Source of the DNA: a virus
Taxonomy: Duplodnaviria; Heunggongvirae; Uroviricota; Caudoviricetes
IMG/VR virus record: IMGVR_UViG_3300009702_000022
Location: 1 to 64,000 of that record
Direction: 5' to 3' (one strand)
DNA length: 64,000 nucleotides
Shown here: positions 20,456-29,888 of the stretch, one piece after another
How positions within the stretch are numbered: the stretch's first letter is position 1
How the letters are laid out: each line of letters opens with the position of its first letter
The notes under the pieces: model-generated
What the model saw: the letters and a program-made list of their open reading frames with translations, nothing else
Database searches by the model: none
Told to the model about the DNA's origin: nothing
Made by a program: the position numbers and the translations under genes

Positions 20456-20467
20456 ATGTTCCTCCAT

Positions 20468-20960
20468 TTATCTTGAGACCGTCTACGGCTATAGTTGGAC
20501 AAATTCGTCAAAAGTTGCAACGCCGAATTATTTTCGTCAATTATTTTCGGCAACCCCCCGAGGGAGGTACTCCCCGCTGGCTCCCCGATTTTGACCCTCT
20601 TTTTACTTCCTATGGGGGATGGAGTCAAACTGATGTCAGTTACTTTGGGGAGATGTCACCCCCAGAAGTGATTAAAGAGGCGGGGAGATAGAGGCAAAAT
20701 CGGGGAGTACCTCCCTCGGGGGGAAAGTCCACTAAGTCCTTACTGTCAAAGGAAATCCAAAAGAGGGAGGGGAGATGGGGAGCGGGGAGGCAGTTACAAG
20801 GTTTTTCAGAGAAATTTTTGTAAAAACGAAAGTTTTTCATTTTCTACGGGAGACTAATGTTGGGGCTCCCCGCTCCCCACCCACCCTCTTGGCTTGAAAA
20901 ATAAATAAATTTTTTTTCGGCGTGCAACATTTTCTGAAAATGTCCAACTATAGGGGTAGA
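20468..20960. promoter_or_regulatory. divergent control region / candidate origin. Outer 35-bp inverted repeats at 20489-20524 and 20919-20953; inner perfect inverted repeat CCCCCGAGGGAGGTACTCCCCG at 20555-20576 and 20702-20723; three GGGGAGAT iteron-like copies; an A/T-rich segment at 20896-20918
   Basis: Repeats read directly from the sequence. The region lies between the divergent primase (-) and ParB-like (+) genes. Confidence 0.5.
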
Positions 20961-21911
20961 ATGAAAATGACGAATAATTTACGGCACATTCCGATCGACT
21001 GGTTAATTCCGTCACGCACGCCGATGAGGCCAGTGCGGAAGACTGACCAGGAATTTATCGAGTTCATGGAATCGATTCGGACAGATGGCATCTTGCAACC
21101 TCTTCTCGTTCGTCCTTGTAAAGGGGAAGACGACATGGGTAAGTACGAGGTTGTTGAAGGAACACATAGATATGAAGCCGCCAAACTGGTAGGCCTGAAA
21201 TCTCTTCCTTGTATGATACGAGACATTACTGATGAGGAAGTACTGGTTCTTCAGTTGAAGGCGCAGGCGGTGCGGCCAACAAAGACAAAGATATATGAGT
21301 ATTCCCGTCGATTACGAAAGTTGAACAAGGAAGGTTACACGATTGGTGACTTAGCTGCCCTTGTTGACAAGCACCCTTCGTGGATTCAACAGATGTTATC
21401 ACTCCATAGACTGACTCCTAAGTGTGTTCATGAGTTGACTCAAGGGAATTTAACTGTCTCATCAGCTATTGAATTGGCTAAGTTACCTGAACATTTGCAA
21501 GAAACATTTCTTGATGATGCTGCTAAGATGAAGACAGTGCCATTCAAGAAACGTGTTCGAGAGATTAAGAGGGACTATGACTCATTTTTACTTCAGCAGA
21601 GAGAGAATGATTTAGAACAAGGATTGTCCCCGAAACTACGGGGAGTCAAAGACATTATTTGGGAATCTGAAACTTTCGAGGCTGCCAAGCAAGTATTAAC
21701 GTCGTGCAATGCAAACACTCCTGAAATGGGGTGGAAAGCTTGCCTCGCTTGGATCATGCGTATTGATCCTGTGAGCGTTAAGAAACGCAAGGCCAATATC
21801 AAGGACACAAAGAATGTATTTTTGACGCAGTATCAAGTGAGACAAAAGCAACGCGAGTTAATTAAGAATCTTACTTTCAAGACTAACGAAACTGGAGAAA
21901 CTAATGAGTGA
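20961..21911 (+). CDS. ParB/Srx-like N-terminal-domain protein
   Basis: IPIDWLIPSRTPMRPVRK...GILQPLLVRP...YEVVEGTHRYEAAKLVG matches the ParB N-terminal domain. Start moved to ATG 20961. Confidence 0.6.
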   Translation: MKMTNNLRHIPIDWLIPSRTPMRPVRKTDQEFIEFMESIRTDGILQPLLVRPCKGEDDMGKYEVVEGTHRYEAAKLVGLKSLPCMIRDITDEEVLVLQLKAQAVRPTKTKIYEYSRRLRKLNKEGYTIGDLAALVDKHPSWIQQMLSLHRLTPKCVHELTQGNLTVSSAIELAKLPEHLQETFLDDAAKMKTVPFKKRVREIKRDYDSFLLQQRENDLEQGLSPKLRGVKDIIWESETFEAAKQVLTSCNANTPEMGWKACLAWIMRIDPVSVKKRKANIKDTKNVFLTQYQVRQKQRELIKNLTFKTNETGETNE

Positions 21912-22602
21912 AAACAAGAACGCCCTCATGCCTTTTGCCGGCTGTAATTTGCCGGCCGTTAGCGAAGATACCATCGATGATATTGATGCGGTCGCAACTG
22001 CTTCTGAATTCCTTCCCCGGATCCAACTTATTTCGAAGGGCAAATATGTCAACACCGGTAAGATTAGCCCGGGAAATTGGGGTATTCCTCTGGCAGGGGG
22101 AGAAGACATTACAGACCTGGGAAACAAAATCGATGTCATTCCATTGGAAGGTCGGCCCAAAGCGCTAGACGTTTCCGATAAGGAAAACATCATCGCGGTG
22201 TATGATAAGAATGATCCGGAATTCCAGCGGATCAAGAATCAGCCTAAGCCGGCTGATGGGACAACCTCTGGCTGTATGTGGGGGCCCTCATTCCTGATCC
22301 TGGAACGAAGCACTGGAAAGCTGTACGAATTGTTCTTTTCGAACAAGTCCGGGCGCCAAGAGGCTGGTAAACTCAAGCCTTTCTTGCTTAGCCGAACACC
22401 TTGCACACTCTCGATTCGTTACAAGCCAAAGGGGTTTGGTTACCACGTTCCCGTGGTAACGAAATGTTCCGAGCCTTTCGCGCCTGAGAGCATTCCTCCG
22501 ATCGAGCTAATCAATGAGGAAATTTACAAGTTCAAGAACCCTGACAAGACAGGCGATGAAGTTGTTGCTGAAGATGAAGCACCAACCAATCGCGCTCGTT
22601 AA
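21904..22602 (+). CDS. hypothetical protein (232 aa)
   Basis: Intact ORF followed by a strong terminator. Confidence 0.45.
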   Translation: MSENKNALMPFAGCNLPAVSEDTIDDIDAVATASEFLPRIQLISKGKYVNTGKISPGNWGIPLAGGEDITDLGNKIDVIPLEGRPKALDVSDKENIIAVYDKNDPEFQRIKNQPKPADGTTSGCMWGPSFLILERSTGKLYELFFSNKSGRQEAGKLKPFLLSRTPCTLSIRYKPKGFGYHVPVVTKCSEPFAPESIPPIELINEEIYKFKNPDKTGDEVVAEDEAPTNRAR

Positions 22603-22623
22603 CCCTCATTCTCCCTCCCGATT

Positions 22624-22659
22624 CCCTGGGGCATCTTCGGATGCTCCAGGGTTTATTTT
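22624..22659 (+). terminator. rho-independent terminator: 12-bp stem with UUCG tetraloop, then TTTATTTT
   Basis: CCCTGGGGCATC-TTCG-GATGCTCCAGGG followed by a T-tract. Confidence 0.7.
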
Positions 22660-22668
22660 GGAATCTTT

Positions 22669-23013
22669 ATGGCTAAACAAAATCTAGTATCCGTATTGAA
22701 TTGGTGTGCTCTCCATGAAACTACTTTTCAAATTACTATCAAAAATGGAATCCTTCATATACGGGCTGGTGGTGATACACTCTGGTCAGAATGGCCTATT
22801 AGAGAAGGAACAGTTGAATCAGTCGTTGCTGCAATGTATGCCGCCCTCTACTCTGTCAAAGCTGGAACAGAGTTTCACGAAGAGTATGGCTTTATGCCTG
22901 ACTCAGATGCAATTAGAGGCAGAAGCAAAAACAAAGAAAGCGGAAGCGGAGCTGGTAATGGCGAACAATCAGAATATGCCTCACCGGACTTACGTACCGA
23001 TTTTGAGGCATGA
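22669..23013 (+). CDS. hypothetical protein (114 aa)
   Basis: ORF with a plausible globular composition. Confidence 0.4.
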   Translation: MAKQNLVSVLNWCALHETTFQITIKNGILHIRAGGDTLWSEWPIREGTVESVVAAMYAALYSVKAGTEFHEEYGFMPDSDAIRGRSKNKESGSGAGNGEQSEYASPDLRTDFEA

Positions 23014-23143
23014 TGGTTTGGAATGGGTTGCCACCTGGGGACAGGATACTTCGGGTAATCCAATGTTGGTCGGTCGAGGCCCCAATCCAGCAGCCGCCCT
23101 TCTGGATTACGATTACAAATGGCTAGGAATCAATAAAGAATGA
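22958..23143 (+). CDS. small hypothetical protein (61 aa) overlapping the 3' end of the previous gene
   Basis: GGAG 8 nt upstream of ATG 22958; the downstream part of track ORF 22706..23143 is the protein-like portion. Confidence 0.3.
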   Translation: MANNQNMPHRTYVPILRHDGLEWVATWGQDTSGNPMLVGRGPNPAAALLDYDYKWLGINKE

Positions 23144-23517
23144 GTGGCGTTGCATTAGTACAATTCTCTTCTCTGGACTTGCATAAGTTACTGCCAATTA
23201 CTCGACAGGGGTTGGAGCGAAGTATTAGCGAACCCGCTGACAGCATTGACTCAAATCCACCTCTCCACCATATGTTATGTGTAGGTGCAATAAAAGATCC
23301 TCATATCAAAGCCTCGGCATCGGCTACACTCCCTTACATCGATCTTTTCCATGCAGGCTTCATTATAGGGGCGCTTGAGTACAATATGGCTGAGGTGCTG
23401 GAGATAGCTGGGATGCCAACAATTATGGTGGATTCAGTGGAGCGAGGTATTAGTGTTGCGTTTGTCGCGGGAACTTTAATTCAATGGAAGCAAGCAATCT
23501 TACGCGGCTGTTCTTAA
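23140..23517 (+). CDS. hypothetical protein (125 aa)
   Basis: ATGA-coupled ORF. Confidence 0.4.
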   Translation: MSGVALVQFSSLDLHKLLPITRQGLERSISEPADSIDSNPPLHHMLCVGAIKDPHIKASASATLPYIDLFHAGFIIGALEYNMAEVLEIAGMPTIMVDSVERGISVAFVAGTLIQWKQAILRGCS

Positions 23518-23648
23518 ACTGCGAGTCGCGAAGTACGTCATATCTTCAATCTAATCTATGGTGAGTTCAATAAATTAGGTCTTGCGCCAATCTTCGAAGC
23601 CAATAAAATAGAGCGCAAAGATCATACTTTTTTGCTGGAGTATCACAA

Positions 23649-24248
23649 ATGACCGATGTACCAGATGCAATCTTTCCACACACTGCATTACTGGAAGTTC
23701 CTATTCTGATGGAGGGCCGACAGGCTGACTTCATTGACTTGCCTGTTCGGGGTTGGGGTAGTGTTTCGCGACAAACTAAGTTCCAGGGGACATGGCATTT
23801 CTATGTCGATGATTACAAGTTCTCGACTTTGTGGAAGAAGCCTGATACTATCCTGAATACCAAGGCGATCAATTTTGTTGAGCCCAACTTCTCCACCGAT
23901 GAACAAATGCCTTATTCTGTTGTTCTTTATCGCATTTATCAAAAGCGATGGATGGCACGATATTGGCAGGAGAAAGGACTTGGCTGTTTTGTCGATCTAA
24001 GCGTCCCCAAAAAGTGGGAAGACTTGAACATGGAAGGAGTGCCGAAAGGTTGGTGCTCCTATGCTACAGCAGCCAATGATCTGCGATTGGATACGTTAGA
24101 ACGACATGCTATGATAGCCCGTCGTCATTCACTTTGGCAACCTCTTCGTTTCCTTGTCTACGGTGGGGGTCCCTTGACTGCTAAAGTGTGTGAGAGGAAT
24201 GACTGGGTCCACGTACGCGATGCGAGAAATGAGGCACGAAATGGGTAG
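23649..24248 (+). CDS. DUF4417-like protein
   Basis: WHFYVDDYKF..LW..P, EPNFSTD and YRIYQKRWMARYWQEKG match the DUF4417 pattern as I remember it. Genuine TAG stop. Confidence 0.45.
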   Translation: MTDVPDAIFPHTALLEVPILMEGRQADFIDLPVRGWGSVSRQTKFQGTWHFYVDDYKFSTLWKKPDTILNTKAINFVEPNFSTDEQMPYSVVLYRIYQKRWMARYWQEKGLGCFVDLSVPKKWEDLNMEGVPKGWCSYATAANDLRLDTLERHAMIARRHSLWQPLRFLVYGGGPLTAKVCERNDWVHVRDARNEARNG

Positions 24249-25152
24249 AGGTGGAGGCGGCGGCGGCGGTGGTCGAGGCGGCGGTGGTCGACTTAGTCGA
24301 TCACGTAGTGGCGTAGGCGGGGGTGCAGGTAGTGGCGCAGCAGCAGAACAAGTTAGTGCGGCAGCGGTTGATGCCAAAGCTGCGGCTGAGGGCCAGATTT
24401 ATAAAGAGAGCCCTAGTCAAATGGCATTGGCCTCGAAAAATATGGAGACGATGCTATCTGGAAATGCAGCGGCGATTGATAAGTTGTATGAAGATATTCC
24501 CGAGGTAGCAAACGCCAATCGAAAGATCGTCAATGGGATTGTCGAGGTTGGTTCGAAAGGTGCCCCCAAAGTTTCTGGTAATTTGCCTTATGCTGAAGCT
24601 ACTCAAGTATTGAGAGATCGTGGTGTTCCAGGTCAAGTTATTCGAAAAATGGAAAGATCCCATGGTATTGACAGTGTACAACAAATAGGTGAATTGGTTA
24701 AAAACAATCCAGGAGCCACTTATATCAACAACGGTGCTGAAGGTCTAGTGATGAATTGGAGCGAATCACGAGTGATTCGTATTCAATATGGTCCTGGGGA
24801 ACCACCGCCATCTTACTATCTTGGTAAGGCTGGGGCATATCCAGATTGGATAAAGAAATATGGTGGTTCGGCTGTGGAAATGAAGGAAAAAGTTTGGGAA
24901 ACAGCTTATCGAATAGGGGCTAAACATAATTCAGTATCTAATCAACTTGCCCAGGCTGCTCGATCCCATGGAGGTTATTCTTATTTGAGAAGTGCTACTA
25001 TCGATAAGACCATCAAGAGAGCTGTTGGTAATAAAGTACGGCCGGCAGATGCCCATGCTAATAATTGGGCTGTTGATTTCAAGGGACGATTACGAGCCAT
25101 TGATCCAGGTGCGTACGTTCCTCCTGGTGCTCCTATTCTTGGTGGTAGATAA
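24241..25152 (+). CDS. hypothetical protein with an N-terminal Gly/Arg-rich (RGG-like) tract
   Basis: ATG 24241 overlaps the upstream TAG (ATGGGTAG). GRGGGGGGGGRGGGGR then a Gly/Ala/Ser-rich tract (RLSRSRSGVGGGAGSG) and an Ala-rich helix. Confidence 0.45.
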   Translation: MGRGGGGGGGGRGGGGRLSRSRSGVGGGAGSGAAAEQVSAAAVDAKAAAEGQIYKESPSQMALASKNMETMLSGNAAAIDKLYEDIPEVANANRKIVNGIVEVGSKGAPKVSGNLPYAEATQVLRDRGVPGQVIRKMERSHGIDSVQQIGELVKNNPGATYINNGAEGLVMNWSESRVIRIQYGPGEPPPSYYLGKAGAYPDWIKKYGGSAVEMKEKVWETAYRIGAKHNSVSNQLAQAARSHGGYSYLRSATIDKTIKRAVGNKVRPADAHANNWAVDFKGRLRAIDPGAYVPPGAPILGGR

Positions 25153-25153
25153 C

Positions 25154-25196
25154 TTGACAATTCCTTTTTTGTATGGTATACTTTAAGTATGAGAAA
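25154..25196 (+). promoter_or_regulatory. conserved promoter P1: TTGACA-17-TGgTATACT plus downstream TTTAAGTATGAG box
   Basis: One of 8 copies of the same motif. Confidence 0.6.
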
Positions 25197-25413
25197 ACTA
25201 ACAAAAAAACAATTTCTGTCTGAATTCGATGATGAGAGAGAACTTCTTGAACACATTAAGGAGCTTTCGCCAGTCCAACCTGTTGACCTTCAGCGATTTG
25301 TCACATATCATCCTAACCCTAAATTCTGTGAGAATCGTTTATGGGCAATGCTTGGATTACTAGATGAGTTTGATTGTATTGATATTAGGGATGGATATGT
25401 AGTTACTGTTTAA
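25189..25413 (+). CDS. small hypothetical protein (74 aa)
   Basis: First ORF after P1. Confidence 0.4.
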   Translation: MRKLTKKQFLSEFDDERELLEHIKELSPVQPVDLQRFVTYHPNPKFCENRLWAMLGLLDEFDCIDIRDGYVVTV

Positions 25414-25431
25414 CAGGACTGTGATTTAGAT

Positions 25432-28167
25432 ATGGAAAATCTCAAGATACTTCGTGAGACGGATAAAATTGTCAACGGTAAGAAACGATGGGTCAAAACT
25501 CCGGTCACGATTGATCGGAAGTTTGGCCGTATTTATTTCTTCAAGAGCGAAGATAAACTTGAGACCCCTTTCTCGTTGCGACCAGAAATCAAAGCGATGC
25601 AAGGATATCGCTGGCATGGCCATTTAAACCCAGAGGAGGGGTATTGCAATGGTAGGAAGGTATGGTCTGCACTTGATACCACCCGTAACAATTTCCAATT
25701 GGAATTTCTTACTGGTGGCAATCCCTATGCATGGTGGGAGCGTCCACTTGAGAAGTATATCTATGAGAGGCCCCTACGTGCTCACCAAGAGCTGATGGCC
25801 AACCACTGCCTTACATACCATTATAAAGTCCTTGCGGCTGAGATGGGGTGCATTAGTGGAAGCGCTGTTGTGGATTGTAACAGAGCAGGCAAAGGATTCA
25901 AGATTACTTTGGCCAAGTTATATGACAAATGGCAACATAAGAAAGATCACAAAGGTAAATTATATCAAAAGAGCTGGGATTCATCTATTCCGACTTTTGT
26001 TCGTTCGATGAAAGACGGTCTACTTGGATTACATCGTCTAGTGGACGTATTAGACAAAGGTGTTAGGAAGGTAGTAAAAGTAACTCTCCAATCTGGTAAG
26101 ACTTTAGTATGTACGCCAGATCATGAGATTTATGTGGATGAAGTTACATGTCTCCCTGCTGGAAGTTTGAAGCCTGGAGATACTGTCCTTACTAATGGCA
26201 CTTGGGTTGATAAAGATGGATACGTTCGAGTAGGTGGTTTGAAAGGTAAACATCCCAGATGGACTACTGGAGGTGTTTATGAGCATATTTTGGTTATGGA
26301 GAAGTGTCTTGGTCGTCATTTAACTATTGATGAAGTAGTACACCATAAGAATAAGGTGAAATATGATAACCGAATAGAAAATCTTCAACTTATGACTTCT
26401 TCAACACACGCTACTAAGCACGGAAAGGATAAAGGATTTGTAAGATTGGATGGTGGCAGAGGACGGGTATTCTTTGTGCCTAAACTTGATACTGTTGTAA
26501 GTGTAGAACCATTTGGTGAGGAACATGTATTTGATCTCGTGATGTCTGATCCTTATCATAATTTTGTTGCTGATGGTTTTATTGTTCATAATTGTGGCAA
26601 GACTCTTGCGGCCATTGAAGTCTTGGAGCGGAGCGGGTTTTCAAACTGGTGGTGGGTTGCCCCACGGTCTGGCTTGAATGCCATTGATTTGGAATTTGTT
26701 AAGTGGGGGCTCAGGTTCACCCCTGAGTTAATGACTTACAAAGGTCTGACAACTAAGATGTCCAATTGGAAGCCCGGTGACCCTGCGCCACAGGGAGTAG
26801 TATTCGATGAATCATCTCGGCTCAAGGGAGCCACTAGCCAGAGAAGCAAAGCGGCGCAAGCCCTTGCTGATGCGATTCGTAATGAATATGGCTGGAATGG
26901 TTATGTAATTCTCATGTCTGGAACCCCAGCACCAAAGAAACCAGTTGATTGGTGGCGACAATGTGAGATATGCTATCCTGGCTTTGTTAAAGAGGGCTCG
27001 GCTAAGGCATTTGAACACAGGCTAAGAATATTTGTCCCAAAAACAATCGACGGTTCAACCTTTTGGCAACCAGTTGCGTGGCGAGATGACGAAGAGCGAT
27101 GCAATATTTGTGGTCAGTATCGATGGCTGGAGAATGATCCTGATGACATCCCTGAACTAGGGCGTTGGAAGTTGGACTGTGATGGAAACCGGATACCACA
27201 TCCAAATCACGATGATGATCCGATGGCCTTGGGTGAAGAAAACCATCCTTGGGAACCCTCCAAGAATGAAGTGGCTTTCCTGGGCAAGCGCTTGGATGGC
27301 TTAGTTCTGCCACTGGCGCTGCGGGATTGTTGGGATCTTCCCGAGCTTCAATACCGAGAGGTTGTATTGAAACCAAGCACAACGATCAGGAGGGTGGCCA
27401 AAGCTTTGTTGAGTCAGGCTACCACCGCAATCCAGGGAATCACATGGCTTCGAGAATTGTCCGATGGCTTCCAGTATCGTGACGAAGTTGATCCCGATCA
27501 TCCGACGAAACAATGCCCAGTTTGTAAGGGTTTGGGGAAATGCGAACAGTGGGAGGATGAAGGCGAACAATACGAGAAGCGTATGAAAACGTGCAAGCGT
27601 TGCGGTGGGACTGGGGAAGTCGAAAATAAGGTCCGCACGACCAAGGAAATACGTTGCCCGAAAGAGCAGGCCGTAAGAGATCTGTTAGAGGAAAATGAAG
27701 ACTGTGGCCGGTTTGTTATCTTTGCTGGCTTTCGAGGTTCAATTGATCGAATTGTAAATATTTGCCATAAACAACAATGGGATGTTGTGAGGGTGGATGG
27801 TCGTGGCTGGAAAGTGTTGCGAGCGGATGGGAACAATCCGACTGCTAAATCAGTTAAACCCTTGCATTATTGGTCTGATACCAGACACAATCCACGCGTT
27901 GTTTTTGTAGCGCACCCTGAGTCTGGCGGCATGGGGCTCACTTTGACTGAGGCACGAATGTCTTTGTTTTATTCAAATGATTTCAAGCCTGAGTCTCGTA
28001 TGCAAGCTGAGGCACGTATTCACCGTCCTGGCATGGATACGAATAAAGGTGCTGTAATCGTTGATCTCATCCACCTGGGGAGCGATCGTAAAGTACTCGA
28101 AGTATTGCGTGACAACCGTCGGCTAGAACAAATGACCTTGAGCGAACTGAAAGAGATTGAATTATGA
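25432..28167 (+). CDS. SNF2-family helicase/ATPase interrupted by an intein and carrying a DnaJ-type zinc-finger insertion
   Basis: Exteins give LRAHQELMANH...LAAEMG|CGKTLAAIEVL (motif I), VVFDESSRLKG (motif II), LMSGTPAPKKPVDWW (motif III) and QAEARIHRPG (motif VI). CPVCKGLGKC...CKRCGGTGE finger. Confidence 0.75.
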   Translation: MENLKILRETDKIVNGKKRWVKTPVTIDRKFGRIYFFKSEDKLETPFSLRPEIKAMQGYRWHGHLNPEEGYCNGRKVWSALDTTRNNFQLEFLTGGNPYAWWERPLEKYIYERPLRAHQELMANHCLTYHYKVLAAEMGCISGSAVVDCNRAGKGFKITLAKLYDKWQHKKDHKGKLYQKSWDSSIPTFVRSMKDGLLGLHRLVDVLDKGVRKVVKVTLQSGKTLVCTPDHEIYVDEVTCLPAGSLKPGDTVLTNGTWVDKDGYVRVGGLKGKHPRWTTGGVYEHILVMEKCLGRHLTIDEVVHHKNKVKYDNRIENLQLMTSSTHATKHGKDKGFVRLDGGRGRVFFVPKLDTVVSVEPFGEEHVFDLVMSDPYHNFVADGFIVHNCGKTLAAIEVLERSGFSNWWWVAPRSGLNAIDLEFVKWGLRFTPELMTYKGLTTKMSNWKPGDPAPQGVVFDESSRLKGATSQRSKAAQALADAIRNEYGWNGYVILMSGTPAPKKPVDWWRQCEICYPGFVKEGSAKAFEHRLRIFVPKTIDGSTFWQPVAWRDDEERCNICGQYRWLENDPDDIPELGRWKLDCDGNRIPHPNHDDDPMALGEENHPWEPSKNEVAFLGKRLDGLVLPLALRDCWDLPELQYREVVLKPSTTIRRVAKALLSQATTAIQGITWLRELSDGFQYRDEVDPDHPTKQCPVCKGLGKCEQWEDEGEQYEKRMKTCKRCGGTGEVENKVRTTKEIRCPKEQAVRDLLEENEDCGRFVIFAGFRGSIDRIVNICHKQQWDVVRVDGRGWKVLRADGNNPTAKSVKPLHYWSDTRHNPRVVFVAHPESGGMGLTLTEARMSLFYSNDFKPESRMQAEARIHRPGMDTNKGAVIVDLIHLGSDRKVLEVLRDNRRLEQMTLSELKEIEL
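25849..26592 (+). mobile_element. intein (248 aa) with an embedded HNH endonuclease, inserted in the SNF2 P-loop
   Basis: Begins CISGSAVVD, ends FIVHN followed by extein Cys. HNH-like core EHILVMEKCLGRHLTIDEVVHHKNKVKYDNRIENLQLMT. In frame (744 nt). Confidence 0.7.
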
Positions 28168-28568
28168 GATGTGCAATTATTGCAACTTACAAATTGGAAA
28201 AGACTTATTACAGTGGTGATAATAATTTTTGTCTTGGTGAATCGAATTTGGCACTCATGCTGACTGATTTAGATAAATATTTGCCAAACGAAATTGCGTT
28301 GGGAGCCACTGTTGATAGTGATGGTAATGTTGCCATTATGGAATTTATTGAATTTAATGGTGGTTATTTTGATGAGCCTATCCCCACGAAAGTTCTTTGT
28401 TACAATACAATGAAAGCATATTGTGATGCTTACGGGGTTGGACTAGCCGAGCCGGAATATGTTGGACCATATTCACTAGAAGTTGCGAGGCATGCTTCCG
28501 AATTATGTGGCGACCACCTGACTATTATCCCAGAGGATGAAGAAGTGGAGGTGTACTGTGAGAGTTAA
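28164..28568 (+). CDS. hypothetical protein (134 aa)
   Basis: ATGA-coupled to the SNF2 gene. Confidence 0.4.
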   Translation: MRCAIIATYKLEKTYYSGDNNFCLGESNLALMLTDLDKYLPNEIALGATVDSDGNVAIMEFIEFNGGYFDEPIPTKVLCYNTMKAYCDAYGVGLAEPEYVGPYSLEVARHASELCGDHLTIIPEDEEVEVYCES

Positions 28569-28725
28569 GGATCTTGTTGACGAACTATCTTTCTATGATG
28601 AGGATGCGGAGATATTCGTTATTACAAATTATGATCATGTTGTTCCCTTGAATGATATCTCGGCGGATTCTCAAGGTGTCTATTTTGATAATGACCCTGA
28701 TGAAGAAGAGAGGAGCATGCGTTGA
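28558..28725 (+). CDS. small acidic hypothetical protein
   Basis: GTG 28558 behind GGAGG; alternative ATG at 28537. Confidence 0.3.
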   Translation: MRVKDLVDELSFYDEDAEIFVITNYDHVVPLNDISADSQGVYFDNDPDEEERSMR

Positions 28726-29888
28726 GTTTGTATTGTCCAGCTTGCCATTCGAAAGATGTTGGGCCTTTGCTCAATATGGGTTATCAACCAACATCCCTTG
28801 TTGAATTGAAGTCCACTCCTACTGCTTCTGGTAGCTTACATCTACATTCAATTTGCCTTGCTATCTGTCACAAATGCCATCACGTATACAATATTGATTT
28901 TGATCCGAGCAATATATGTTACACCAACGGTTGTTACATGTACAATAACGGTGAAGGTTGGAGGGAACATGTAATTGGTGTTCGAAATGAAGTCGAGAGG
29001 ATGCACGCTGACTTGCTAATCGAAGTTGGTGCTGGGGATTGCTCATTTCTTGATAGCGTAAAAACAAACGGAGTTAAGCTGGCAGTTGATCCATCATTAG
29101 ATTCTGCCATCGCAGCTAAGGAATTGGGTATTCAGCATATTCGGGGATACTTCAACCCCTCGTTTCATATCCCTGATCATGATGAACCAATTCCGTGTGT
29201 GGGAATTGTGATGCGACATTTGTTGGAACACATTGAAAAACCTCGCGACTTCTTGGAAGATATAATCATCGCTGCATCGAATAAATGCGTATTTCTCAAG
29301 ATGGTTATTGAGGTTCCTTGTTGTGACAAAGCACTGAGGAATGGGAGGATTGAAGACTGGACATATGAACATCCTCACCATTTCACGAAGAAAAGCTTGC
29401 GTAAGTTATTGGAACGTTGTGGGGCGGTCGATAAGTATATCAAAACAAGCTATGGCGGCGAAGTGTTGGTGGCTTCCGTTAATTTCTGGTCAGATGATCA
29501 GAACGATGTGGATATCATCTGTGCGAGGTATAAGATGATTGAAGCCCGTATTAGTGAACTCAAGACATGGATACTGGATAACAATGACAGCATCGCTTAT
29601 TGGGGCGGGGCTGGAAAGTCTGCCATGTTCTTGAGAAAGATCGGCGTGCCAGATGACGCTCTCGTGGTTGACTCACATAACAATAAATGGGGAATGTATG
29701 TTCCCGGCACTCGCATCCAAATCTTACCCCCAACACGATTGTTTGAAGGTGACCCTCGAACTATTATCGCTACAACTTCGTGGCGCGCGGATGATATTGC
29801 ACGAGAGATTACCCGAAATGATATTCCTTGTCGTAGGTTACTGAAGTTTCAAAACGGTGAATTCAAAGAGGTTCCTCTTGGCAACTAA
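28722..29888 (+). CDS. SAM-dependent methyltransferase of the sugar C-methyltransferase type (N-terminal Zn ribbon, Rossmann MTase, C-MTase C-terminal domain)
   Basis: CPACHS...CHKCHH zinc ribbon; motif I LLIEVGAGDCSFLD; C-terminal AYWGGAGKSAMFL...PGTRIQILPP...DPRTIIATTSW, TylCIII-like, from memory. Confidence 0.6.
   Translation: MSLYCPACHSKDVGPLLNMGYQPTSLVELKSTPTASGSLHLHSICLAICHKCHHVYNIDFDPSNICYTNGCYMYNNGEGWREHVIGVRNEVERMHADLLIEVGAGDCSFLDSVKTNGVKLAVDPSLDSAIAAKELGIQHIRGYFNPSFHIPDHDEPIPCVGIVMRHLLEHIEKPRDFLEDIIIAASNKCVFLKMVIEVPCCDKALRNGRIEDWTYEHPHHFTKKSLRKLLERCGAVDKYIKTSYGGEVLVASVNFWSDDQNDVDIICARYKMIEARISELKTWILDNNDSIAYWGGAGKSAMFLRKIGVPDDALVVDSHNNKWGMYVPGTRIQILPPTRLFEGDPRTIIATTSWRADDIAREITRNDIPCRRLLKFQNGEFKEVPLGN

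Noticed and set aside
18842-20691. Plus-strand ORFs inside the primase-helicase gene and the origin region (18842..19135, 20290..20691 and others)
   Set aside because: Antisense to a 931-aa gene with clear motifs, or lying across the inverted-repeat region; low-complexity translations.
22706-23143. Track ORF 22706..23143 (145 aa) as a single gene
   Set aside because: Its first ~85 codons overlap 22669..23013 out of frame and look non-coding. Only the part from ATG 22958, which has an RBS, is retained.
24249-24340. GGC/GGT-rich stretch resembling a simple-sequence repeat
   Set aside because: It is the coding sequence for the Gly/Arg-rich N-terminus of 24241..25152, in frame, not a non-coding microsatellite.
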